From NCBI GenBank assembly GCA_020184695.1, contig JAANOX010000253.1, positions 62,001-126,000 on the forward strand: DNA of 64,000 nt, written 5' to 3'. The translations under genes and the position numbers were made by a program. Shown in pieces: positions 52,899-63,710 of the stretch (the first letter of the stretch is position 1; every line of letters begins with the position of its first letter). The notes under the pieces were generated by a model. That model ran no database searches, was not told where the DNA came from, and saw only the letters and a program-made list of their open reading frames with translations. The stretch comes from Histomonas meleagridis 2922-C6/04-290x. Its lineage: Eukaryota; Protista; Parabasalia.

Positions 52899-53864
52899 AT
52901 GGATGTTGGGTTTTACTTCAGCTTTATTTTAATATCAACACTTACTTGGAAATCTTTTTTCAAGTTTTTGGAAACATATATAGAAAATAATAATATTGCA
53001 ATTACGTTGGAACAGAAATACAATGTTGTTAGTGTTCGAGGAGGTCTTGGGAATCAATTTTTTCAATACGCTTTTGCTTACATTCTTATGCAAGAAACTA
53101 GTAAGCCTGTTTTTCTTGATATCGATTTCTATGGATTTTGTCCTAATCCTCCCTGTGATAATCTAACAGCTGACCTAGAATTCAGAGGCATTACAGGCAG
53201 GAAATATTCATTATGTTATTTTGATATCTCTCTTCAAATTGCCAATCAATATCAAATTTCAGAGAGCAAGCAAAAAATTGTTTTAGAAGAGGATATATTA
53301 GGCCGATCTCTAAAAGAATTTTCATCTCAATCACCACAATATTTTGATGGATTTTATGAGAATTTATCATATAATTATGAAAAGTATCGCGACGAATTAA
53401 TTAAAGAATTTACAATTAAAAAAGAATTAAGCATTCCACCCATACATCGGAAGTATCTTAAAAAGATAGAATCCACAAATTCTGTTTCTATTCATATCAG
53501 GAGAACTGATCATGATTATCATGGTTATGTTCCCTTTGAATTTTATGAGAATGCAATAAAATATATGAATGAGCATGTCGAAAATCCGCATTATTTTGTG
53601 TTTTCGGATGATTTAGGATATGTTATGCATAATTTAAAAATAAATGGAAGTCATACATATATCGAAGATACAAGTTTAGCACAGCCGATATTCGATTTTG
53701 AGATAATGAAACGATGTAAACATAATATCATCGCAAATAGCACTTTCTCGTGGTGGGCGGCGTTTTTGAATTTGTTTAAAAATAAAATTGTCATTGCACC
53801 GAAAATTTGGATACTTGGCAGAAACAGTGACTACATTGTGCCGAAAAATTATGTTGTTTTATAA
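52899..53864 (+). CDS. GT11 alpha-1,2-fucosyltransferase-like
   Basis: VRGGLGNQFFQY, SIHIRRTD, YFVFSDD, CKHNIIANSTFSWWAAFLN; N-terminal hydrophobic anchor. Confidence 0.9.
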   Translation: MDVGFYFSFILISTLTWKSFFKFLETYIENNNIAITLEQKYNVVSVRGGLGNQFFQYAFAYILMQETSKPVFLDIDFYGFCPNPPCDNLTADLEFRGITGRKYSLCYFDISLQIANQYQISESKQKIVLEEDILGRSLKEFSSQSPQYFDGFYENLSYNYEKYRDELIKEFTIKKELSIPPIHRKYLKKIESTNSVSIHIRRTDHDYHGYVPFEFYENAIKYMNEHVENPHYFVFSDDLGYVMHNLKINGSHTYIEDTSLAQPIFDFEIMKRCKHNIIANSTFSWWAAFLNLFKNKIVIAPKIWILGRNSDYIVPKNYVVL

Positions 53865-54118
53865 AAAATAGAATTGTGTTTTATACGTTATTAAAATATT
53901 AAGTTTTCGGTTCATCACTCATTTGTGAACTTATTTGAACGATATGCATTCTTATTTGCGAAGTGTACATTAAAATTTGCTTTTGGTTTCAATCATATTA
54001 GATACAAATTTGAACTTTCTTTTAATAGGGTCATAACATTTACACATAAATTCTTGATATGTCTTATCCATATTAAAAAAAAAAAAAAAGAATTTGTTGA
54101 TTTTATTTAAATTTCATC

Positions 54119-55305
54119 TTATAAAATTTCGGTGTGTTGGTTTCTTTTTGCAAGCATTGGTTCTTCATCATTTTCTTTTCTTTGATTTAATTTGATTTTA
54201 ATGAAAATACCAACTACAATAGCAATAATACCAACTACACAACAACCAACAACTATCAGAATTATCTTTTTAGTTTTGCTTCTCCTTTTGCTGAATGATT
54301 ATTTAATTCAACATTTTCCTTTAATTATTCTTCTAATTTTCCAACTTTCGTAACACTTCTACCACAAAATTGTTGAACATTAATATTTAATGATTTTTCA
54401 GGAAAAACTGGTGATGAATAACTTATTTCGTTTGAAACATTTGTATAAATATCTTCGAGAGAATAACAATCTTTAAATGCATTTTCTCCTATAAATTGAT
54501 GCTATTTTAATTGTGACTAATGAAGGACAATTAATGAAAGCTTCTTCACCAATATTTTTACTACCAGCAGGAATGATAACTTCAGTTAAATTTTTACGAT
54601 CTTCGAATGCATTATCATAAATTTTGACGACAGAATAATCAGGATGTGTTGAAACAGTAGTAAAAAAGTATAAATTCCTTTAGCAAGTGTTCTATATAAA
54701 GAAACATATTTCTTATCTTTGTTAAACCATTTATAAATTTCAGTTGGACCTGCATAAATGAATAATTCTAAAGATTTATCAACATTATAACCACAGAATG
54801 TTTTATCTTGTTAATTCCTATCAACAAATATTGTGATATTTTTATCAAATATATTATGACTTCCTTGAATATCATATAAACCACTAAATAATACATTAAA
54901 AATTGAAGTAAAACCTTCAAAAGCATTTTCATCAATAAACTTAACATCGCCTAAATCAACATCTATTAAAGAAGTACAATTATAAAAAGCTTTTTTCCCT
55001 ATTGTTTTAATAGTATCTGAAATTCTGACTGTTCTAAGATTTTTGCTATTTTTAAAAGCTTCATCTTCAATACCAATGATAGTATAATTAATTCCATTAA
55101 TTTTACAAAATTTATCAGGTAATAAGTTTAAAATTTTATCTGGCGCTTTTAATATTGTTGCAGTTTTTATATCTTTATCAATGATTCGATATACGAAATC
55201 ATTACAGCTTATCAAGTAATTGATAACTTAATCTTTATAAAAATTCAAAAAAGATAATCAAAAATGTTTAATTTCCATATGAAAGAAATATGCTTTGTGG
55301 TGCAT
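54119..55305 (-). pseudogene. BspA-like LRR surface protein, multiply disabled
   Basis: IIGIEDEAFKNSKNLRTVRISDTIKTIGKKAFYNC, IYDNAFEDRKNLTEVIIP and a TM IILIVVGCCVVGIIAIVVG lie in different frames, with in-frame stops (e.g. 54811-54813). Confidence 0.85.
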
Positions 55306-55516
55306 GCACCAATGTTATCGCACAAAATGCTCAATAAATTTGATATCTCAACAATTAAAATAAACAGCTTGTAAGTATTAATTAGATTATGAGGAGATAT
55401 TTTTATTAAACTCCTCCTAAACCTGAATTAAATATATTTAATATATAATATGGGTTTAAAAGTATTTTCAAATGTATGTCTAATTAACTTTGCATAATTT
55501 TCAGGAGTATGATCTA
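55282..55516 (-). repeat. Partner of the inverted repeat at 50713-50958
   Basis: Same shared blocks in reverse complement. Confidence 0.9.
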
Positions 55517-55756
55517 AAAACATCATACAAAAATTAAACGTATTCAAAATGTCACATCAATATTTAACTTGTTAATCAGATTAATGAAATATATTTTCAC
55601 ATATTCATTATATCAGTCAAAAATTAATTTTTTATTGTAAAATTCTTTGAAATAAAATGGAATCGAACAAAGTTTCAGTTACATTCTCATTACATAACCA
55701 TAGCCACATTCATATGAAACTACAATTTGTATCACATTATATAAACTTTTACTAAC

Positions 55757-58700
55757 TTACATTGGCGGCAAGTATTTGCATCCGTTAAATCTGATTCTAT
55801 TCACGTGCGCCCAATTCTTTAACTTCGCGTCATGTGTATACGAAGAAATTATAATAAATCGCGACAACGACTGAAAGAACTTTCCTCCTTCGTTCTCTTC
55901 TTCATTGATCAGTTCGAACGGATCTTTTTTGATGTTCGCGATGAAGAAGTTGCAGTACGGCGTCAATTCTGCGAATTTCTTTTCATCGAATTCATCATTT
56001 TCATCGACACCTTCGAAATTATTTGTCAAATATTCGAAAATATCATTTAAGATATCATCGATGAATTGATAAATTGGAATTAATCTTTTGTATTTAATTG
56101 GATCATTTTCAGTGAACAACAACAAGTTCATTAAACCTGAATCGATACCATTTAAGAAACCTTTAATCATTTTATTATAATAAGAATTACAAATTGAACC
56201 ATTTAAATCATCTATTTTCATTTTAATGTTGTCAATAATTTCATTATAAACGTTCTGAAAAAGTTCGCTGTCCCGCTTCAGAAAAAGTGGATTCAATACA
56301 TACTTCGACGGTTTGTTGTTCAAAACAATTTTAATTTTTTTGTTTTTGACATATAAATGCGGCAAAACAATGTTTGTGATCTCATTACTTGTGTAACCAG
56401 CGAAGAAGTAAGGGATTGATTTGGATACGACATTAATATAAGGCACCGGGTTATTAAAACATTCATTGATTTCGATGACTTTAAAATTGGATTTGATATA
56501 GTCCAAAAAATTTGACCACTTCGTTCGTAAGTTAATGAAATTGTTAATGATAATATATATCATCTTCGGCGTCGACAAGTAATTAATGTTTTCTTTGTTT
56601 AACTTCTTAATGAATGTCGATATAATTAAATTATTCGAAGTGTTAAATTCTTCTATTAACTTGATCGGAAAATATGATAACATCTTTAAGGTTAATATCT
56701 CAGTGTAATTGTTCAAACACGATTTACATAACGAAAGAAATGTTTCGACAAACTCTTTCACTTGTTGGTCCTTCCATTGCATACTAATTAAGAATTGTAA
56801 TGACTGATTAAACATTGTGATCAAGTCATATAACGATGATGACGTCTTCGTCGATTGGTTTTGTATCTCGAAGTTGTCGAGTTTGATGATGTTCGTCGTC
56901 CACTCGATCATTTTCTCGCCGATCTTCGATATCCATTCTAATACTACTTCATAAAATAATTTATATGGTGAATACGTATCATTGATTTCAAGTAATGTGT
57001 AAAGTTGTTGGTAATTAAAGATGAATTTAAACATCGATTGCTCATCAATTAATTTATCATTAATGACATTGAACATTTTACATAAGTTTATCGATAGCTC
57101 TTGGAAGATGGCAAAGACGGCTTTCTGCTGGTTAAAAAATAATGGTAATGAGGAATCTTCATAATATTTCTTGATTTGATTAGAACGTTTGTTTAGGTTC
57201 TCACAGACATTTGAAATGGTTTTGATGTCAAACGTTATGTGCTGTGGCTGAGTTAAGTCAATAATTCCATTGAGTGATGGTTCGGAATTAAAATGAATTG
57301 ACTCACGTTGTTTGTAAGATAAATATTTAAGTAATGCTTCAGCTTCTGGCTTAAGTTCTGTGGACTGAATTGGGGTTAATGTCCCTGTAACTGATTGAAT
57401 AATGTTTTCTTCAGATGTACGTAATAGTTTAGTGAGATTTGGTATGTGTGACTTCTCTGGTATTACAAAGGAAAATAATAAATATAATGGAAATAACCCA
57501 TGATATTCATATAATCCTGGTTTTGATAAATGATGCAATAAAAATTTGGGAACGGATTCTTTCAAAAAGTTCACTATGCTTTGAAAAATTTCTGTTTCTT
57601 TAGAGGTTATGACACACCTTTTCATTGAAACATAAGCGGTTAAAAATATTGTTGTAAATGCTTTTAGATATGATTCGGAATGACACCAAGCAGAAAGGAG
57701 TTTAGAAGCAATAAGCAAAAACACAGTAGGAGTAGGGAATGAATATTTGATTGAAAATTCGAGAAGTTCACAATATTGAATTATCGGAGGATATATCGAC
57801 ATTGTTGTACCAGAATTTACCCACTCATTTACAAGGTTATTTACTAAGTAATGGAAATATCTGTAAATTTTTGGCTTCTTTGGTAAGTTTGATTTCAGTG
57901 ATATATGTTGCGAATTATCATAATATTTAACATTTACAGTGAATTTCCCACATTTAAGTGAAAACGAAGATTCCCTTCGAGTAAATTCTATCGTTTTAGA
58001 TTCTTCTTGTTGCGTTAAATTTACTGTAGTTGTTAATAAACATCCAAAACCTTCATTTGGTATTTGATCAAATGGTTTTTGATTGTATTTTTTTAAAACA
58101 TATATTAAACTAACATTTAACAATGGGACATCTTGGATTTCAAAATTTATTGGAATACATAATTCTGTTGATGCTTCATTTATTGGTATAATATGTTTGA
58201 TATTTTTGTATTGTAAAGAAATAAAACTTGATTTTTCTAAACGGGTTCCTCTGAACTTTTTGTGAAAGCGAACGTTAAACGATAGGAGAACGTTACCCGT
58301 TGAATAACTTCCAAACATTTTCTCACCAATTAATTCTGAAATTAAAGTTAATCTTTGTTTTGCTGACCCTAACATCTTTTGTTCATTAGGGTAACACCAA
58401 TATTCATTAAGAGAATTTAACCGATAAATATTGTCAGTATTTAATGTAAACAAATTAGAATTCTTTTGTAATTCATGAATAAAAGAAGCTTCAACTTGCG
58501 TTTTGGTGAAAATGTCTTTTTGAAGTGATTCAAAAATATCTGATTTTAACTTTTGATGAGGAAAAGATTCTAGAAAACAACTTTGAAGTATTGGCTTTAA
58601 AATAGGTAAAGAAGGATTTGGAAGTGTCTTTGCAATTTTAACAATTGATATGTTTAAACTTGATATGTTTTCTTCTAATAAAAGTGATTTTGTAGATATA

Positions 58701-59149
58701 ACCACCTTTTGAATAACATTAGAAAAAAAACGTTGTTCTTCAACCATATCAACTTGAATTGATGCAATTGAATCAAATAATGAATTTGCAAATTGAAAAT
58801 AAAGTAATGGAGAAATTGGTTCAGATATTATTTCACTGAAATTTTTAGGATATTCTTCAACCCTTGGGAAATATTGGAATAATAAAAATAAATCAATACC
58901 GGAATTTTTGATAAAATTAATTCCCGATTTATTTAAACAGCCATTTTTATGATTTGACATTAAAGGAAGAATAAGACTAGCATAGTCACGTGCAATAGCT
59001 TGATTTTGCCCAACTTTAAAATATATATCATCTAAAGATAAAATTTGTCTCCCTTCATTTAAAGCATCACTTTCTGTTATTGCCGTCGTTAAATCTTCGA
59101 AATTACATGCATTGTTTGCAATCTCGATTAGATCGGTAAACTTGTTCAT
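55757..59149 (-). CDS. Munc13-homology (MUN/MHD1-like) domain protein
   Basis: EWISKIGEKMIEWTTNIIKLDNF...TSSSLYDLITMFNQSLQFLISMQWKD follows the MHD1 pattern (W...W...AI..D.F...SxSxxDL...Q....L..L.W). Confidence 0.55.
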   Translation of the reverse strand: MNKFTDLIEIANNACNFEDLTTAITESDALNEGRQILSLDDIYFKVGQNQAIARDYASLILPLMSNHKNGCLNKSGINFIKNSGIDLFLLFQYFPRVEEYPKNFSEIISEPISPLLYFQFANSLFDSIASIQVDMVEEQRFFSNVIQKVVISTKSLLLEENISSLNISIVKIAKTLPNPSLPILKPILQSCFLESFPHQKLKSDIFESLQKDIFTKTQVEASFIHELQKNSNLFTLNTDNIYRLNSLNEYWCYPNEQKMLGSAKQRLTLISELIGEKMFGSYSTGNVLLSFNVRFHKKFRGTRLEKSSFISLQYKNIKHIIPINEASTELCIPINFEIQDVPLLNVSLIYVLKKYNQKPFDQIPNEGFGCLLTTTVNLTQQEESKTIEFTRRESSFSLKCGKFTVNVKYYDNSQHISLKSNLPKKPKIYRYFHYLVNNLVNEWVNSGTTMSIYPPIIQYCELLEFSIKYSFPTPTVFLLIASKLLSAWCHSESYLKAFTTIFLTAYVSMKRCVITSKETEIFQSIVNFLKESVPKFLLHHLSKPGLYEYHGLFPLYLLFSFVIPEKSHIPNLTKLLRTSEENIIQSVTGTLTPIQSTELKPEAEALLKYLSYKQRESIHFNSEPSLNGIIDLTQPQHITFDIKTISNVCENLNKRSNQIKKYYEDSSLPLFFNQQKAVFAIFQELSINLCKMFNVINDKLIDEQSMFKFIFNYQQLYTLLEINDTYSPYKLFYEVVLEWISKIGEKMIEWTTNIIKLDNFEIQNQSTKTSSSLYDLITMFNQSLQFLISMQWKDQQVKEFVETFLSLCKSCLNNYTEILTLKMLSYFPIKLIEEFNTSNNLIISTFIKKLNKENINYLSTPKMIYIIINNFINLRTKWSNFLDYIKSNFKVIEINECFNNPVPYINVVSKSIPYFFAGYTSNEITNIVLPHLYVKNKKIKIVLNNKPSKYVLNPLFLKRDSELFQNVYNEIIDNIKMKIDDLNGSICNSYYNKMIKGFLNGIDSGLMNLLLFTENDPIKYKRLIPIYQFIDDILNDIFEYLTNNFEGVDENDEFDEKKFAELTPYCNFFIANIKKDPFELINEEENEGGKFFQSLSRFIIISSYTHDAKLKNWAHVNRIRFNGCKYLPPM

Positions 59150-59260
59150 TTCGAAAATGACTTATTTCAGCAAGTTCTGAACGGATTATTTTTTCCACCG
59201 GTTCCCAGAAAAATAAATTAAGTATTCAAAAATTGATAATGTATTCAAAATTGTAAAAAG

Positions 59261-59270
59261 ACGACCGTTA
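59261..59270 (+). promoter_or_regulatory. ACGACCGTTA Myb-like upstream motif
   Basis: Lies in the divergent intergenic region between the MUN gene and the kleisin gene; the context TTGTAAAAA(G)ACGACCGTTA is shared with 40863-40880. Confidence 0.4.
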
Positions 59271-59312
59271 TATGTTTGATGTGTGTTTGATGTTCTAACT
59301 CATTTTTTTTTA

Positions 59313-60437
59313 ATGCTTACGACGAGAGATATACTTCAAAGAACAGATGGAATTCATTTAGCATGGACAATAGGTATGAAAGAAGATTCAATGACAAGAG
59401 AAGAAATTATGGCTACAAATATATCAAGAATTGCAGAAACGATCATTATGCAAGAAAATGGAATAATGTTTCATTTATCAGGTGTATTACTTAAAGGAGT
59501 TGTTAGGATTTATTCAAAGAAAACAATTTTTGTTTTAAATGATTGTTCAGATATAATTGCAAAAATATCATTAAAAACGAAACCAAACGAAGATAATATT
59601 CAAGGAAATAATAAAGAGAAAGAAAATATTCCTGAAATTGATAAAGAAACACTCGAATTATGGAAAAGAGAAGTGAATTTAGAAAAAATTATTGATGAAG
59701 AAAAAGAAGAAGGAATGAGTTTAATCACTGAATTTGTTATTCCAGAAAGATTCCAAAAAGAAAATGTTCAATCACCTCCAACAATTGAAAATGATTTTGG
59801 AGAAGTTCCATTTGAGTTAACATTCGGTGATGATAATTCAGATACAAATTATCATTATCAAAATGAAGATGAACATTCACAGCCTCCAAACCTAAATATT
59901 GAATTTCATAATGCTCCAAAAGAATTTTCAAAGTTAATAATTGATCAATCGCCAATTATACCAATGACAGAACTAAGTTATTATATGGATAATCCAAATC
60001 TTACATTATGTAATCGACCTATTATTAAAAGAAATCAAAAAATAAGAATAGAAAATTATCGGAATGATTTCGAAGAATTGTTTAATGAAGCTAAAAAAAT
60101 AGGAATGAAATTTGAAATGGAAAAACAAAAAACATTTGACTTACCTGATCTTCCTGTTAAAGAGTTACCAGAACTTCCAGATCCCAGAATTCATGAAATA
60201 CCAAATGATCAAAATGAATTTGAAAGAGAAGAAGAAGAAATTAAAAATAATATATTACCAGTAATTGAAGAGAAGTTTTCTTATTGTGATCAAATTAATA
60301 TTCTTGATTTAGTTTTAGAAAGAAATCGAAGAAATATTGCGGCATCTTTTTATGAATTACTTTCATTAAAAAACCAAGGTAAAATAGATTTAATACAAAA
60401 TTCTCAAGACGAACCAATTTTCATCATCAAGAGTTAA
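59313..60437 (+). CDS. Cohesin kleisin, Rad21/Rec8 family
   Basis: N-terminal LSGVLLKGVVRIYSKKTIFVLNDC; C-terminal winged helix AASFYELLSLKNQGKIDLIQ. Rad21 versus Rec8 cannot be resolved by eye. Confidence 0.85.
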   Translation: MLTTRDILQRTDGIHLAWTIGMKEDSMTREEIMATNISRIAETIIMQENGIMFHLSGVLLKGVVRIYSKKTIFVLNDCSDIIAKISLKTKPNEDNIQGNNKEKENIPEIDKETLELWKREVNLEKIIDEEKEEGMSLITEFVIPERFQKENVQSPPTIENDFGEVPFELTFGDDNSDTNYHYQNEDEHSQPPNLNIEFHNAPKEFSKLIIDQSPIIPMTELSYYMDNPNLTLCNRPIIKRNQKIRIENYRNDFEELFNEAKKIGMKFEMEKQKTFDLPDLPVKELPELPDPRIHEIPNDQNEFEREEEEIKNNILPVIEEKFSYCDQINILDLVLERNRRNIAASFYELLSLKNQGKIDLIQNSQDEPIFIIKS

Positions 60438-60727
60438 TTTTGATTAAATGCAAAAAAAAATAAGAAATTTAGAAAATTAACAACTACTTATACTTCATTC
60501 GACATTTAATGCAATTAACGACAATTTTTTATAATGTTTATTACTTTTTATATTTTTGTGATTTTTTGTTCGTTTTTTACCGGGAAAAAATATATTTTTT
60601 TCAATACACAGTACGTTAATTAGTGAGTTTTTCAGAACAAAACTCCCACAATGTTTGATTGAACATCCCCAAACGACCAAGTTGAAAATTTGAAAGAGCT
60701 TTTTGATAGGGTTAAGCAAAAAAGAAA

Positions 60728-63178
60728 ATGAGTGAAACTTCGTATAGCATTGATTTATTATCATCAAGCGATAGCGAAGACACAACCACAACATCATCTT
60801 ACCAAAGCTCTGAGGATTCCAGCAGCAGCTCCAGTTTGAAGAAAGATAAATCAAAAGATGAAAAACAGAAAACCCCAACTAAATCAAGTAATAATCCGCC
60901 TGCAAAGAAAGAGCCGGCTAAGGGAAAAACTGGAGGCGATAATAAGTTAAATTCGACCAAAAATGATAACAAGAATGCCAAAAAACCAAACAAAAAGTTT
61001 TCATCAGACAGTGATTCATTGGAACCTCAGCAACAGAAACCAAAGAAGGATACCAAACCAAAGGAAAAAGAACCGCCAAAATCGAAAGGAAAGGAACCTC
61101 CAAAACCAAAAGGAAAAGAACTAACAAAACCAAAGAAAAAAGGAAGCTCTTCTTCAGATGATGAGTGGACAGAATCTTCAACCGTGACAACTGATTTAAC
61201 TTTCACTTCTTCAGATGAGTCTTCTGAATCCAGTAAACCTGCAAAACCAAAAGAAAAGGAACACCCAAAGCCAAAAGAGAAAGAAGCACCAAAGCCTAAG
61301 GAAAAGGAACCAGTTAAACCAAAGGAGAAAGAATCGCCTAAACCAAAGGAAAAGGAACATCCAAAGCCTAAAGAAAAAGAACACCCAAAGCCTAAAGAAA
61401 AGGAGCCTACTAAGCCAAAGGAGAAGGAAGCACCAAAGCCTAAAGAAAAAGAGCATCCTAAACCAAAGGGTAAAGAACCTGCTAAACCAAAGGAAAAAGA
61501 ACAACCAAAGCATAAGGAAAAGGAACCAGTCAAACCAAAAGAGAAAGAATCGCCTAAACCTAAAGAAAAAGAGCCTGCTAAACCTAAGGAGAAGGAAGCT
61601 CCAAAGCATAAAGAAAAGGAACCTGCTAAGCCAAAGGAGAAAGAATCACCTAAACCAAAGGAAAAAGAGCATCCAAAGCCTAAAGAGAAAGAAGCTCCTA
61701 AACCCAAAGAAAAGGAACCAGTAAAACCAAAGGAGAAGGAAGCGCCAAAGCCAAAAGAAAAAGAGCATCCCAAACCTAAGGAAAAGGAAGCACCCAAACC
61801 GAAGGAGAAAGAGCCCGCCAAGCCAAAAGGAAAAGAACATCCAAAGCCTAAGGAAAAGGAACCAGTTAAACCTAAAGAAAAAGAAGCGCCAAAGAAAGAG
61901 AAAGAGCCCGCCAAACCTAAGGAGCAGCCAAAGCCAAAAGGAAAGGAGCCAGCCAAAGCTAAAGAAAAACCAAAAGGAAAAGAAAAGCCGAAGCCTAAAG
62001 AGAAAGAAGCACCTAAAGAACAACCGAAGCCAAAAGGCAAAGAGCCTGCAAAGCCCCAGAAAAAGCAACCAAAGGAATCCACATCCGGCGAAGAAGGCTC
62101 ATCGTCATCATCTTCTTCTTCATCTTCAGGATCTAATAAGACGACTACACATAACTATGATACTGAAGAAGTTAGCACATCAACAACAGCCACTGAGAAA
62201 TTTGATCGTTATGGGTGGTTTATACAGGAACGTAACATATCGAAACAAGAAAAGAAGCTTACGCAAATTGAATCACAGAAAGAAATCGAGCGGTCCTTAA
62301 AGTGGAATCAAATGACTGAAGATTGGTTCCGATGGATAACCAAGAAGCCATCAAAAGTTTCACAAAGAGTTAAGAAGGGTATACCCGATGCAATACGTTC
62401 TAAAGCGTGGCGTTTAATCACAGATGCGGACTCATATAAGAAGATCATCCAAGTTCCAATGCTACAACTTATCGAAAATAATCCACGACATGAAGCATAT
62501 GTAACAATTGACAAAGATCTTAATCGGACATTTCCACAAATTGGATTTTTCTCACAGCCCAATTTCATTGAGTCATTACGTCATATATTATATGCATATT
62601 GTCAAGTAGATCCAGAGTTAGGGTATACGCAAGGCATGAGTTTTATTGCGGGAATGTTTTTAGCTTATATGGATGAAGAATCCGCTTTTTATTGTTTTGT
62701 AGCTACGATGAAAGGGAAGAAGATAAATCAAAGAGGTTATTTCCTGAAGAAATTTCCAAGACTTTTAAGGTCAAATGAAATGTTAAAGGTATTAATGACA
62801 AAGAAATGTCCAAAAGTATTACAAACACTTGATAAATGTTATGTCGATTTATCAATGTTTACCACAAATTGGCTTTTGACTGCATTCCAAACATTTAATT
62901 GGCAGCCTGAATTCCAACTTAGAATATTCGAACGATTTTTGTTCTTCGGAACAAGATTCTTGTTGTCGTTCTCATTGTTAATTATCGTAATTCATGCAGA
63001 TAGAATTGTCGGGTTCGAAATCGATAAAGTTTTGGAGGTTTTGCAGCACCCCGACTTGTCCGATAGGATGCAAAATTGGCATTCAATATTGGCACAATTG
63101 GATAAAACGATGCTGTCCAAGAAAGAATACCAAGACTTGATTATAAAGGTCGGTGGAAAAATTAGTGATTTTGATTAA
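60728..63178 (+). CDS. TBC-domain Rab GAP with a Lys/Pro/Glu-rich N-terminal repeat
   Basis: KGIPDAIRSKAW, IDKDLNRTFP, GYTQGMSFIAG, WLLTAF. Confidence 0.92.
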   Translation: MSETSYSIDLLSSSDSEDTTTTSSYQSSEDSSSSSSLKKDKSKDEKQKTPTKSSNNPPAKKEPAKGKTGGDNKLNSTKNDNKNAKKPNKKFSSDSDSLEPQQQKPKKDTKPKEKEPPKSKGKEPPKPKGKELTKPKKKGSSSSDDEWTESSTVTTDLTFTSSDESSESSKPAKPKEKEHPKPKEKEAPKPKEKEPVKPKEKESPKPKEKEHPKPKEKEHPKPKEKEPTKPKEKEAPKPKEKEHPKPKGKEPAKPKEKEQPKHKEKEPVKPKEKESPKPKEKEPAKPKEKEAPKHKEKEPAKPKEKESPKPKEKEHPKPKEKEAPKPKEKEPVKPKEKEAPKPKEKEHPKPKEKEAPKPKEKEPAKPKGKEHPKPKEKEPVKPKEKEAPKKEKEPAKPKEQPKPKGKEPAKAKEKPKGKEKPKPKEKEAPKEQPKPKGKEPAKPQKKQPKESTSGEEGSSSSSSSSSSGSNKTTTHNYDTEEVSTSTTATEKFDRYGWFIQERNISKQEKKLTQIESQKEIERSLKWNQMTEDWFRWITKKPSKVSQRVKKGIPDAIRSKAWRLITDADSYKKIIQVPMLQLIENNPRHEAYVTIDKDLNRTFPQIGFFSQPNFIESLRHILYAYCQVDPELGYTQGMSFIAGMFLAYMDEESAFYCFVATMKGKKINQRGYFLKKFPRLLRSNEMLKVLMTKKCPKVLQTLDKCYVDLSMFTTNWLLTAFQTFNWQPEFQLRIFERFLFFGTRFLLSFSLLIIVIHADRIVGFEIDKVLEVLQHPDLSDRMQNWHSILAQLDKTMLSKKEYQDLIIKVGGKISDFD
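61235..62070 (+). repeat. Coding 24-nt repeat, KPKEKE(A/H/S/Q)P or KPKEKEP(A/V/T)
   Basis: Roughly 30-35 octapeptide units with heavy synonymous variation. Confidence 0.9.
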
Positions 63179-63650
63179 AGAAAATAAATAATTCTTCGTT
63201 TCACTATTTTTATTTTGTATGTTTTTAAGTGGAAAATGTTTAAATTGCAATTGTGAAATTATGTGCAATGAGTGTGAGACAAATGATGCAATTGAACTAA
63301 TTAATAACTCTGTTTTTCTTTTTCGATTTGCTCATGTTTGAAAAGAGAATTCATTGTAATGAATTTGTGGAATTGATTGGATATATCACATTTTGATTGA
63401 TTCCTTAAGTTACACAAAATTTACTTTGTAGATAAAACGAAAATATCAAATTAAGTAATATGAATACATATATTAAAGCAGTACGATTTATCTGTTATCT
63501 ATTTGCACAAAAAATTTGAAATATATTTGTTAATAAATGCAATTTGACCTTTAATAAAATTGAGAAGATAATTAGTCGGATGATTGAGTGAAATTCACTT
63601 TTTCATAGAGGCCTTATGGTTCTTGTTGGTGAACGTTTATCGATGTGTAA

Positions 63651-63658
63651 AAAGTGAC
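63651..63658 (+). promoter_or_regulatory. AAAGTGAC (M2) upstream of an ankyrin-family paralogue
   Basis: Exact octamer, followed by TCAT at 63675 and the ATG at 63711. Confidence 0.45.
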
Positions 63659-63710
63659 GCAGTTCTGTATTATTTCATCAACGAAAAACAGGTAATTCTA
63701 ATTATATTTA

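Noticed and set aside
61027-62082. Long antisense and alternative-frame ORFs (351, 169, 140, 132 aa)
   Set aside because: Shadows of the stop-poor KPKEKE repeat of the TBC gene.
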